Counted from the stretch's first letter, positions 39,715 to 51,429 are shown. The stretch is 64,000 nt of DNA from Eledone cirrhosa (GCA_964016885.1 OZ024740.1:5084001-5148000), one strand, 5' to 3'. Translations and numbers: made by a program. The notes: generated by a model from the sequence alone, not told the origin.

Positions 39715-40840
39715 AAGTTATTTCTCTGTCATCAGTAGAACTAAAGAATGACAGCAGTGACAGAGAGAAACAAGTTATTTCTCTGTCATCAGTAGAACTA
39801 AAGAATGACAGAGAGAAACAAGTTATTTCTCTGTCATCAGAAGAACTAAAGAATGACAGCAGTGACAGAGAGAAACAAGTTATTTCTCTGTCATCACTAG
39901 AACTAAAGAATGACAGCAGTGACAGAGAGAAACAAGTTATTTCTCTGTCATCACTAGAACTAAAGAATGACAGCAGTGACAGAGAGAAACAAGTTATTTG
40001 TCTGTCATCACTAGAACTAAAGAATGACAGCAGTGACAGAGAGAAACAAGTTATTTCTCTGTCATCACTAGAACTAAAGAATGACAGCAGTGACAGAGAG
40101 AAACAACTTATTTCTCTGTCATCACTAGAACTAAAGAATGACAGCAGTGACAGAGAGAAACAAGTTATTTATCTGTCATCAGTAGAACTAAAGAATGACA
40201 GAGAGAAACAAGTTATTTCTCTGTCATCAGAAGAACTAAAGAATGACAGCAGTGACAGAGAGAAACAAGTTATTTCTCTGTCATCACTAGAACTAAAGAA
40301 TGACAGCAGTGACAGAGAGAAACAAGTTATTTCTCTGTCATCACTAGAACTAAAGAATGACAGCAGTGACAGAGAGAAACAAGTTATTTATCTGTCATCA
40401 GTAGAACTAAAGAATGACAGAGAGAAACAAGTTATTTCTCTGTCATCAGAAGAACTAAAGAATGACAGCAGTGACAGAGAGAAACAAGTTATTTCTCTGT
40501 CATCACTAGAACTAAAGAATGACAGCAGTGACAGAGAGAAACAACTTATTTCTCTGTCATCACTAGAACTAAAGAATGACAGCAGTGACAGAGAGAAACA
40601 ACTTATTTCTCTGTCATCACTAGAACTAAAGGATGACAGCAGTGACAGAGAGAAACAAGTTATTTATCTGTCATCACTAGAAATAAAGAATGACAGCAGT
40701 GACAGAGAGAAACAACTTATTTCTCTGTCATCACTAGAACTAAAGGATGACAGCAGTGACAGAGAGAAACAAGTTATTTATCTGTCATCACTAGAAATAA
40801 AGAATGACAGCAGTGACAGAGAGAAACAACTTATTTCTCT
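39715..40840 (-). repeat. Inverted block of satellite monomers (copy 1)
   Basis: Sequence switches to the reverse complement after ttcta at 39711-39715 and returns at tttctct, 40834-40840. Confidence 0.95.
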
Positions 40841-43267
40841 CTGTCACTGCTGTCATTCTTTATTTCTAGTGATGACAGATAAATAACTTGTTTCTCTCTG
40901 TCACTGCTGTCATCCTTTAGTTCTAGTGATGACAGAGAAATAAGTTGTTTCTCTCTGTCACTGCTGTCATTCTTTAGTTCTAGTGATGACAGAGAAATAA
41001 CTTGTTTCTCTCTGTCACTGCTGTCATTCTTTAGTTCTAGTGATGACAGAGAAATAACTTGTTTCTCTCTGTCACTGTTGTCATTCTTTAGTTCTAGTGA
41101 TGACAGAGAAATAACTTGTTTCTCTCTGTTACTGCTGTCATCCTTTAGTTCTAGTGATGACAGAGAAATAACTTGTTTCTCTCTCTCACTGTTGTCATTC
41201 TTTAGTTCTACTGATGACAGAGAAATAACATGTTTCTCTCTGTCACTGCTGTCATTCTTTAGTTCTAGTGATGACAGATAAATAACTTGTTTCTCTCTGT
41301 TACTGCTGTCATCCTTTAGTTCTAGTGATGACAGAGAAATAACTTGCTTCTCTCTGTCACTGCTGTCATTCTTTAGTTCTAGTGATGACAGAGAAATAAC
41401 TTGTTTCTCTCTGTCACTGCTGTCATTCTTTAGTTCTGCTGATGACAGAGAAATAACTTGTTTCTCTCTGTCACACTTTAGTTCTACTGATGACAGAGAA
41501 ATAACTTGTTTCTCTGTCACTGCTGTCATTCTTTAGTTCTAGTGATGACAGAGAAATAACTTGTTTCTCTCTGTCACTGCTGTCATTCTTTAGTTCTAGT
41601 GATGACAGAGAAATAACTTGTTTCTCTGTCACTGCTGTCATTCTTTAGTTCTAGTGATGACAGAGAAATAACTTGTTTCTCACTGTCACTGCTGTCATTC
41701 TTTAGTTCTAGTGATGACAGAGAAATAACTTGTTTCTCTCTGTCACTGCTGTCATTCTTTAGTTCTAGTGATGACAGAGAAATAACTTGTTTCTCTCTGT
41801 TACTGCTGTCATCCTTTAGTTCTAGTGATGACAGAGAAATAACTTGTTTCTCTCTGTCACTGCTGTCATTCTTTAGTTCTAGTGATGACAGAGAAATAAC
41901 TTGTTTCTCACTGTCACTGCTGTGATTCTTTAGTTCTAGTGATGACAGAGAAATAACTTGTTTCTCTCTGTCACTGCTGTCATTCTTTAGTTCTAGTGAT
42001 GACAGAGAAATAACTCATTTCTCTCTGTTACTGCTGTCATCCTTTATTTCTAGTGATGACAGAGAAATAACTTGTTTCTCTCTGTCACTGCTGTCATTCT
42101 TTAGTTCTAGTGATGACAGAGAAATAACTTGTTTCTCTCTGTTACTGCTGTCATTATTTAGTTCTAGTGATGACAGGGAAATAACTTGTATCTCTCTGTC
42201 ACTGCTGTCATTCTTTAGTTCTAGTGATGACAGATAAATAACTTGTTTCTCTCTGTCACTGCTGTCATTCTTTAGTTCTAGTGATGACAGAGAAATAACT
42301 TGTTTCTCTCTGTCACTGCTGTCATCCTTTAGTTCTAGTGATGACAGAGAAATAACTTGTTTCTCTGTCACTGCTGTCATTCTTTAGTTCTAGTGATGAC
42401 TGAGAAATAAGTTGTTTCTCTCTGTCACTGCTGTCATTCTTTACTTCTGCTGATGACAGAGAAATAACTTGTTTCTCTCTGTCACTGCTGTCATTCTTTA
42501 GTTCTAGTGATGACAGAGATATAACTTGTTTCTCTCTGTCACTGCTGTCATTCTTTAGTTCTGCTGATGACAGAGAAATAACTTGTTTCTCTCTGTCATT
42601 CTTTAGTTCTAGTGATGACAGAGAAATAACTTGTTTCTCTCTGTCACTGCTGTCATTCTTTAGTTCTTCTGATGACAGAGAAATAACTTGTTTCTCTCTG
42701 TCATTCTTTAGTTCTACTGATGACAGATAAATAACTTGTTTCTCTCTGTCACTGCTGTCATTCTTTAGTTCTAGTGATGACAGAGAAATAAGTTGTTTCT
42801 CTCTGTCACTGCTGTCATTCTTTATTTCTAGTGATGACAGATAAATAACTTGTTTCTCTCTGTCACTGCTGTCATCCTTTAGTTCTAGTGATGACAGAGA
42901 AATAACTTGTTTCTCTCTGTCACTGCTGTCATTCTTTAGTTCTAGTGATGACAGAGAAATAACTTGTTTCTCTCTGTCACTGCTGTCATTCTTTAGTTCT
43001 AGTGATGACAGAGATATAACTTGTTTCTCTCTGTCACTGCTGTCATTCTTTAGTTCTGCTGATGACAGAGAAATAACTTGTTTCTCTCTGTCATTCTTTA
43101 GTTCTAGTGATGACAGAGAAATAACTTGTTTCTCTCTGTCACTGCTGTCATTCTTTAGTTCTTCTGATGACAGAGAAATAACTTGTTTCTCTCTGTCATT
43201 CTTTAGTTCTACTGATGACAGATAAATAACTTGTTTCTCTCTGTCACTGCTGTCATTCTTTAGTTCT

Positions 43268-44393
43268 AAGTTATTTCTCTGTCATCAGTAGAACTAAAGA
43301 ATGACAGCAGTGACAGAGAGAAACAAGTTATTTCTCTGTCATCAGTAGAACTAAAGAATGACAGAGAGAAACAAGTTATTTCTCTGTCATCAGAAGAACT
43401 AAAGAATGACAGCAGTGACAGAGAGAAACAAGTTATTTCTCTGTCATCACTAGAACTAAAGAATGACAGCAGTGACAGAGAGAAACAAGTTATTTCTCTG
43501 TCATCACTAGAACTAAAGAATGACAGCAGTGACAGAGAGAAACAAGTTATTTGTCTGTCATCACTAGAACTAAAGAATGACAGCAGTGACAGAGAGAAAC
43601 AAGTTATTTCTCTGTCATCACTAGAACTAAAGAATGACAGCAGTGACAGAGAGAAACAACTTATTTCTCTGTCATCACTAGAACTAAAGAATGACAGCAG
43701 TGACAGAGAGAAACAAGTTATTTATCTGTCATCAGTAGAACTAAAGAATGACAGAGAGAAACAAGTTATTTCTCTGTCATCAGAAGAACTAAAGAATGAC
43801 AGCAGTGACAGAGAGAAACAAGTTATTTCTCTGTCATCACTAGAACTAAAGAATGACAGCAGTGACAGAGAGAAACAAGTTATTTCTCTGTCATCACTAG
43901 AACTAAAGAATGACAGCAGTGACAGAGAGAAACAAGTTATTTATCTGTCATCAGTAGAACTAAAGAATGACAGAGAGAAACAAGTTATTTCTCTGTCATC
44001 AGAAGAACTAAAGAATGACAGCAGTGACAGAGAGAAACAAGTTATTTCTCTGTCATCACTAGAACTAAAGAATGACAGCAGTGACAGAGAGAAACAACTT
44101 ATTTCTCTGTCATCACTAGAACTAAAGAATGACAGCAGTGACAGAGAGAAACAACTTATTTCTCTGTCATCACTAGAACTAAAGGATGACAGCAGTGACA
44201 GAGAGAAACAAGTTATTTATCTGTCATCACTAGAAATAAAGAATGACAGCAGTGACAGAGAGAAACAACTTATTTCTCTGTCATCACTAGAACTAAAGGA
44301 TGACAGCAGTGACAGAGAGAAACAAGTTATTTATCTGTCATCACTAGAAATAAAGAATGACAGCAGTGACAGAGAGAAACAACTTATTTCTCT
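43268..44393 (-). repeat. Inverted block of satellite monomers (copy 2, 3553 bp downstream)
   Basis: Same junctions and variant order as 39715-40840. Confidence 0.95.
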
Positions 44394-47300
44394 CTGTCAC
44401 TGCTGTCATTCTTTATTTCTAGTGATGACAGATAAATAACTTGTTTCTCTCTGTCACTGCTGTCATCCTTTAGTTCTAGTGATGACAGAGAAATAAGTTG
44501 TTTCTCTCTGTCACTGCTGTCATTCTTTAGTTCTAGTGATGACAGAGAAATAAGTTGTTTCTCTCTGTCACTGCTGTCATTCTTTAGTTCTAGTGATGAC
44601 AGAGAAATAACTTGTTTCTCTCTGTCACTGCTGTCATTCTTTAGTTCTTCTGATGACAGAGAAATAACTTGTTTCTCTCTGTCATTCTTTAGTTCTACTG
44701 ATGACAGATAAATAACTTGTTTCTCTCTGTCACTGCTGTCATTCTTTAGTTCTAGTGATGACAGAGAAATAACTTGTTTCTCTCTGTCACTGCTGTCATT
44801 CTTTAGTTCTAGTGATGACAGAGAAATAACTTGTTTCTCTCTGTCACTGCTGTCATTCTTTAGTTCTTCTGATGACAGAGAAATAACTTGTTTCTCTCTG
44901 TCATTCTTTAGTTCTACTGATGACAGATAAATAACTTGTTTCTCTCTGTCACTGCTGTCATTCTTTAGTTCTAGTGATGACAGAGAAATAAGTTGTTTCT
45001 CTCTGTCACTGCTGTCATTCTTTAGTTCTAGTGATGACAGAGAAATAACTTGTTTCTCTCTGTCACTGCTGTCATTCTTTAGTTCTAGTGATGACAGACA
45101 AATAACTTGTTTCTCTCTGTCACTGCTGTCATTCTTTAGTTCTAGTGATGACAGAGAAATAACTTGTTTCTCTCTGTCACTGCTGTCATTCTTTAGTTCT
45201 AGTGATGACAGAGAAATAACTTGTTTCTCTCTGTCACTGCTGTCATTCTTTAGTTCTTCTGATGACAGAGAAATAACTTGTTTCTCTCTGTCATTCTTTA
45301 GTTCTACTGATGACAGAGAAATAACTTGTTTCTCTCTGTCACTGCTGTCATTCTTTAGTTCTACTGATGACAGAGAAATAACTTGTTTCTCTCTGTCACT
45401 GCTATCATTCTTTAGTTCTACTGATCACAGAGAAATAACTTGTTTCTCTCTGTCACTGCTGTCATTCTTTAGTTCTAGTGATGACAGAGAAATAACTTGT
45501 TTCTCTCTGTCACTGCTGTCATTATTTAGTTCTAGTGATGACAGAGAAATAACTTGTTTCTCTCTGTCACTGCTGTCATTCTTTAGTTCTAGTGATGACA
45601 GAGAAATAACTTGTTTCTCACTGTCACTGCTGTCATTCTTTAGTTCTAGTGATGACAGAGAAATAACTTGTTTCTCTCTGTCACTGCTGTCATTCTTTAG
45701 TTCTAGTGATGACAGAGAAATAACTTGTTTCTCTCTGTCACTGCTGTCATTCTTTAGTTCTAGTGATGACAGAGAAATAACTTGTTTCTCTCTGTTACTG
45801 CTGTCATCCTTTAGTTCTAGTGATGACAGAGAAATAACTTGTTTCTCTCTGTCACTGCTGTCATTCTTTAGTTCTAGTGATGACAGAGAAATAACTTGTT
45901 TCTCTCTGTTACTGCTGTCATTCTTTAGTTCTAGTGATGACAGAGAAATAACTTGTATCTCTCTGTCACTGCTGTCATTCTTTTGTTCTAGTGATGACAG
46001 ATAAATAACTTGTTTCTCTCTGTCACTGCTGTCATTCTTTAGTTCTAGTGATGACAGAGAAATAACTTGTTTCTCTCTGTCACTGCTGTCATCCTTTAGT
46101 TCTAGTGATGACAGAGAAATAACTTGTTTCTCTGTCACTGCTGTCATTCTTTAGTTCTAGTGATGACAGAGAAATAACTTGTTTCTCTCTGTTACTGCTG
46201 TCATTCTTTAGTTCTAGTGATGACAGAGAAATAACTTGTTTCTCTGTCACTGTTGTCATTCTTTAGTTCTAGTGATGACAGAGAAATAAGTTGTTTCTCT
46301 CTGTCACTGCTGTCATTCTTTACTTCTGCTGATGACAGAGAAATAACTTGTTTCTCTCTGTCACTGCTGTCATTCTTTAGTTCTAGTGATGACAGAGAAA
46401 TAACTTGTTTCTCTCTGTCACTGCTGTCATTCTTTAGTTCTGCTGATGACAGAGAAATAACTTGTTTCTCTCTGTCATTCTTTAGTTCTAGTGATGACAG
46501 AGAAATAACTTGTTTCTCTCTGTCACTGCTGTCATTCTTTAGTTCTGCTGATGACAGAGAAATAACTTGTTTCTCTCTGTCATTCTTTAGTTCTAGTGAT
46601 GACAGAGAAATAACTTGTTTCTCTCTGTCACTGCTGTCATTCTTTACTTCTAGTGATGTCAGAGAAATAAGTTGTTTCTCTCTGTCACTGCTGTCATTCT
46701 ATAGTTCTAGTGATGACAGAGAAATAACTTGTTTCTCTCTGTCACTGCTGTCATTCTTTAGTTCTTCTGATGACAGAGAAATAACTTGTTTCTCTCTGTC
46801 ATTCTTTAGTTCTACTGATGACAGATAAATAACTTGTTTCTCTCTGTCACTGCTGTCATTCTTTAGTTCTAGTGATGACAGAGAAATAAGTTGTTTCTCT
46901 CTGTCACTGCTGTCATTCTTTATTTCTAGTGATGACAGATAAATAACTTGTTTCTCTCTGTCACTGCTGTCATCCTTTAGTTCTAGTGATGACAGAGAAA
47001 TAACTTGTTTCTCTCTGTCACTGCTGTCATTCTTTAGTTCTAGTGATGACAGAGAAATAAGTTGTTTCTCTCTGTCACTGCTGTCATTCTTTAGTTCTAG
47101 TGATGACAGAGAAATAACTTGTTTCCCTCTGTCACTGCTGTCATTCTTTAGTTCTAGTGATGACAGAGAAATAACTTGTTTCTCTCTGTCATTCTTTAGT
47201 TCTACTGATGACAGATAAATAACTTGTTTCTCTCTGTCACTGCTGTCATTCTTTAGTTCTAGTGATGACAGAGAAATAAGTTGTTTCTCTCTGTCACTGC

Positions 47301-48298
47301 TGTCATTCTTTAGTTCTAGTGATGACAGAGAAATAACTTGTTTCTCTCTGTCACTGCTGTCATTCTTTAGTTCTAGTGATGACAGAGAAATAACTTGTTT
47401 CTCTCTGTCACTGTTGTCATTCTTTAGTTCTACTGATGACAGAGAAATAACTTGTTTCTCTCTGTCACTGCTGTCATTCTTTAGTTCTACTGATGACAGA
47501 GAAATATCTTGTTTCTCTCTGTCACTGCTGTCATTCTTTAGTTCTAGTGATGACAGAGAAATAACTTGTTTCTCTCTGTTACTGCTGTCATTCTTTAGTT
47601 CTAGTGATGACAGAGAAATATGTTGTTTCTCTGTCACTGTTGTCATTCTTTAGTTCTAGTGATGACAGAGAAATAACTTGTTTCTCTCTGTTACTGCTGT
47701 CATTCTTTAGTTCTACTGATGACAGAGAAATAACTTGTTTGTCTCTGTTACTGCTGTCATTCTTTAGTTCTAGTGATGACAGAGAAATATGTTGTTTCTC
47801 TGTCACTGTTGTCATTCTTTAGTTCTAGTGATGACAGAGAAATAACTTGTTTCTCTCTGTCACTGTTGTCATTCTTTAGTTCTAGTGATAACAGAGAAAT
47901 AACTTGTTTCTCTGTCACTGTTGTCATTCTTTAGTTCTAGTGATGACAGAGAAATAACTTGTTTCTCTCTGTCACTGTTGTCATTCTTTAGTTCTAGTGA
48001 TGACAGAGAAATAACTTGTTTCTCTCTGTCACTGCTAGAACGACCGGATGGTGAAAGTCATTAAAATATATGGCGTAATGAGGCTGTTTTCTTGCAAATC
48101 AATCGAATGTTATTATCATATGCTATAAACTCACAAATATATTTGCATATCTGTTATTTTAGAGTGAAAAACCAAATTCTATCTCAGAATTTTTTCTCAT
48201 AAACAATCTGGATGTCAGGAGAATTTTTGTCCGTCCACTTAATAATGTTGATACCAAGATAAAGAGCTGGTAAAAAACTGGACTTTGTTGAATAACTC

Positions 48299-48570
48299 CA
48301 TAGTGACTTATGACATAGCTGAGATGTCCATAGAGAGTTATGATGTAGCTGAGATGTCCATAGAGAGTTATGATGTAGCTGAGGTGTCCATAGAGAGTTA
48401 TGATGTAGCTGAGGTGTCCATAAAGAGTTATGACATAGCTGAGGTGTCTATAGAGCATTATGACATAGCTGATATGTCCATAGAGAGTTATGACATAGCT
48501 GAGATGTCTGTAGAGATTTATGATATAGCTGAGGTGTCTTTAGAGACTTATGACATAGCTGAGATATCCA
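48299..48570 (+). repeat. 30-bp minisatellite, ~9 copies (catagagagttatgacatagctgagatgtc)
   Basis: Direct tandem units with period 30. Confidence 0.93.
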
Positions 48571-48657
48571 TCTTGGGTCTTTAAGAAAGACTATCACCCT
48601 GGATAACTTGAGGTTATATAGAAATGATGGCTCGACACTTTCATACAATATGAATGG

Positions 48658-48812
48658 CCATGTTATCTGATGGTATGGTATAGTATGGTTCTATAATTCC
48701 CAATGGAGTCATAGGGGCACCGTATTGACACCATGTTATAGATCTGATGGTATGGTATAGTATGGTTCTATAATTCCCAATAGAGTCATAGGGGCACCGT
48801 ATTGACACATGT
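48658..48812 (+). repeat. Two-copy direct duplication of ~75 bp
   Basis: ctgatggtatggtatagtatggttctataattcccaat(g/a)gagtcataggggcaccgtattgacac occurs at 48667 and 48744. Confidence 0.9.
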
Positions 48813-48989
48813 TGCTTCTTGGCCGTTTTAAGCCTGGTGGAGCCCACCCCCTCTCCAGGCCTGACTACAGCAGATTTCTTCCAAAGAGAGATGAAATGAG
48901 GAAGAGATACAGAGGAAGAATCAAACCCATTAAAATATTTCACAGTATTGTAAACCAATCATACTGCAAATTCCCCGACCTGGCTTGTC

Positions 48990-49073
48990 TCACAGCAGGA
49001 CAACTTGTTTAACCCATGCTAACATGGAAAATAAATGTTAAACGGGAATGATGCTGATGATGATGATGATGAT
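48990..49073 (+). mobile_element. Diverged RTE 3' tail fragment
   Basis: caggacaacttgtttaacccatgctaacatggaaaataaatgttaaac followed by (GAT)n. Confidence 0.7.
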
Positions 49074-49184
49074 ATATATATTTGTATGTGTGTGTGATTT
49101 TATATCCATCCTATAAGACATTCAAAAGTAGATGCAGCTGTAGAGAAGCTAGGCAAGAATAGAATGTATTTATGACCAAGACGA

Positions 49185-49375
49185 GATCACCTGACCTGTC
49201 TGACGTGATCACCTGACCTGTCAGATGTGATCACCTGACTTGTCAGATGTAATCACCTGACCTGTTAGACGTGATCACCTGACCTGTCAGATGTGATAAC
49301 CTGACCTATCAGATGTGATCACCTGACCTATCAGATGTGATCACCTGACCTGTTAGACGTGATCACCTGACCTGT
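49185..49375 (+). repeat. 22-bp minisatellite, ~8.7 copies (gatcacctgacctgtcagatgt)
   Basis: Direct tandem units with period 22. Confidence 0.93.
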
Positions 49376-49448
49376 GTACTCTCAAAACCTGACAGCCTGT
49401 CTAACACTTACAAACATGTAAAAATAGGTGTCAATGCAGTGATAATGA

Positions 49449-50672
49449 TCTATACTATAAAGCTGACGGCCGTATGTATGTAACAAACTTTTCACCAAAC
49501 GGCTGGACCAAACAGCACCAAATTTGCACCATAGATGTAACTTTTTTCCAAATAAAAAAGTGAGGGTATTTTTGTCTACTGAATTTTGTTAAAAGATTAA
49601 AGACATTATTTAAATATTCACTTCTTTAAAATTTCAAAGTCAACACTACCGGTTATACGACATTCCTCCTTTTTTCTTAGTGTCTTTTTAGATGGATACA
49701 TAGCTATGACGTCGCGCCCTTATAATATGTCTCTGTATGTCTGGCTGTCTGCATTAGATAACGTTTTTCGAAATATTTACTTCTGCGTTCACAGATTGAT
49801 TTTTTTAGTTTCAGAAGATCCCTTTTAAGGGTGAACGCAGCGATTCTTTGCTTAAACTTTAATCTGTTATTTTAATATATATATTCGTGTACAGATATTT
49901 TTGCATACACAAAACCAAAAACCTATTTATTTCACGAAATCACGGATACATGCCCACATTTAAAGTACAGGGCCAAGTGTACTACATGATTGGAAGTCTC
50001 CTACCTCTGACCGATGAAGACCACAAGTTTTTGCAAATCTACTTCATTGGAGACGCAGATTCACAAGCGATACATCACCATCGGGCCATCCCAGGAACCA
50101 GACTTGAAAACATTAACCAGTTACAGGACATATTAAGCGACTTCAGTTTCCAATAAGACTAAGCTTCGCGATAACCCTCAAGAAAGCTCAGGGTCAAACC
50201 CTAAATGTGGCTGGCCTTCATCTGGGAAAACCATACTTCTCCCATGGTTAATTGTATGTAGGATGCTCTAGGGTGAGCTCGCCAAACAATCTCTTCATCT
50301 TTGCTCCCGAGAGCCGAACAAAAACTATTGTATACTCTGAGGCTCTAACAATGTAATTTATATACTTTCTGTTACTTGGAATTTCCATTATGGTTGTACA
50401 AATTATTGTAAACTTTGTTAAAAAAATGTGTTCTCTGTTCAGCCTTTATTGTTGTAACTATCAATTTTCTTTAACATACTAGCTGCTGAATTGGGGAATC
50501 CTAAAAACTATTCAAACCCAACATCAGATCACGTTAACCCCCACCAACCCGCCACCCCAACCTCGCAGACTTGAGAGGGTGTGTGATATCTTTGCACTGG
50601 AGTGGAGGGGGATTCCTGAAAAGATAAAATGCCGGTATACCTAGCTGGGCGCCAGCTGGACGGGCCATCTAG
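49449..50672 (+). mobile_element. Internally deleted non-autonomous Helitron
   Basis: 5' TC after A and 3' CTAG before T. Subterminal hairpin ctagctgg-gcg-ccagctgg at 50641-50659. Contains RepHel fragments. Confidence 0.88.
49940..50356 (+). pseudogene. Helitron RepHel remnant: N-terminal segment fused to PIF1-type helicase C-terminus
   Basis: GYMPTFKVQGQVYYMIGSLLP..FLQIYFIGD, then in another frame KRLQFPIRLSFAITLKKAQGQTL..FSHG*LYVGCSRV. Confidence 0.85.
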
Positions 50673-50948
50673 TATATATATATATAGTTTTGCCGAAAAA
50701 AAGAAGTAAGTGACATAGTCACTACTTTAAAATGATAACGCAAGGTCTTCAAAATGTTTTAAATTAAACATACAGTATATTGCCAAATATACTATATATA
50801 CATTCAGATATATATATATATAGGTAAAAAACAGGGAGGTTATATCTATAGTAAGTAGAGCACTCAGTGTAGAGGATGAGTTCGGTGTATGTGTAGGTGA
50901 AACATGCATCCCTGAGTATGGTTTGCTAATTTGTTGTGGAACTAACTC

Positions 50949-51014
<66 letters not shown>

Positions 51015-51029
51015 TATATATATGTATAT

Positions 51030-51263
51030 TATGTTGGTACCACAAAACACCCAGTCCACACTGTAAAGTGGTTGTGTAGGGGTCACAACAACAAGCACCC
51101 AGCACACACTGTCAATGTGGTGGGCGTTAGGAAGGGCATCCAGCCATAGAAAACCAGCCCAAACACTCCTATATGAGCGAGACACAGATCCCGACCCAAC
51201 TTGCTTCTAAATGGGACAAACCCGTCTAACCCATCATAGCGTGGAAGATGATGGTGATGATGA
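51030..51263 (+). mobile_element. RTE 3' UTR/tail fragment
   Basis: cacccagtccacactgtaaagtgg...aggaagggcatccagcc...cccgtctaaccc plus (GAT)n. Confidence 0.8.
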
Positions 51264-51429
51264 TATATATATAGTTTACTGGTGTGTAAGTTTAAGTTAC
51301 TATTGGTTCACCAGTTTAAGCACTCAATACCTAAGTGAATCTGGTTGTCAATGAGATACATTTGATGTTACACTATAGTCGGTATCCTTAAACATAATAA
51401 AACTATTTGAGATAACTTGTTCAAACTCA

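Larger units (their letters stand above)
6851..48037 (+). repeat. ~41-kb satellite, 57-bp monomer GATGACAGAGAAATAACTTGTTTCTCTCTGTCACTGCTGTCATTCTTTAGTTCTAGT, roughly 740 copies, with 48-bp and 55-bp variants
   Basis: Uninterrupted tandem array with an internal stem TGACAGAGAAA/TTTCTC(TC)TGTCA. Copy number is estimated as length divided by mean unit size. Confidence 0.98.

Noticed and set aside
6851-48037. CRISPR-like array, suggested by regularly spaced palindromic repeats
   Set aside because: No unique spacers, no cas genes, and a eukaryotic repeat context
48285-48584. 99-aa ORF with (YDIAEMSIES)n
   Set aside because: Translation of the 30-bp minisatellite; no exon context visible
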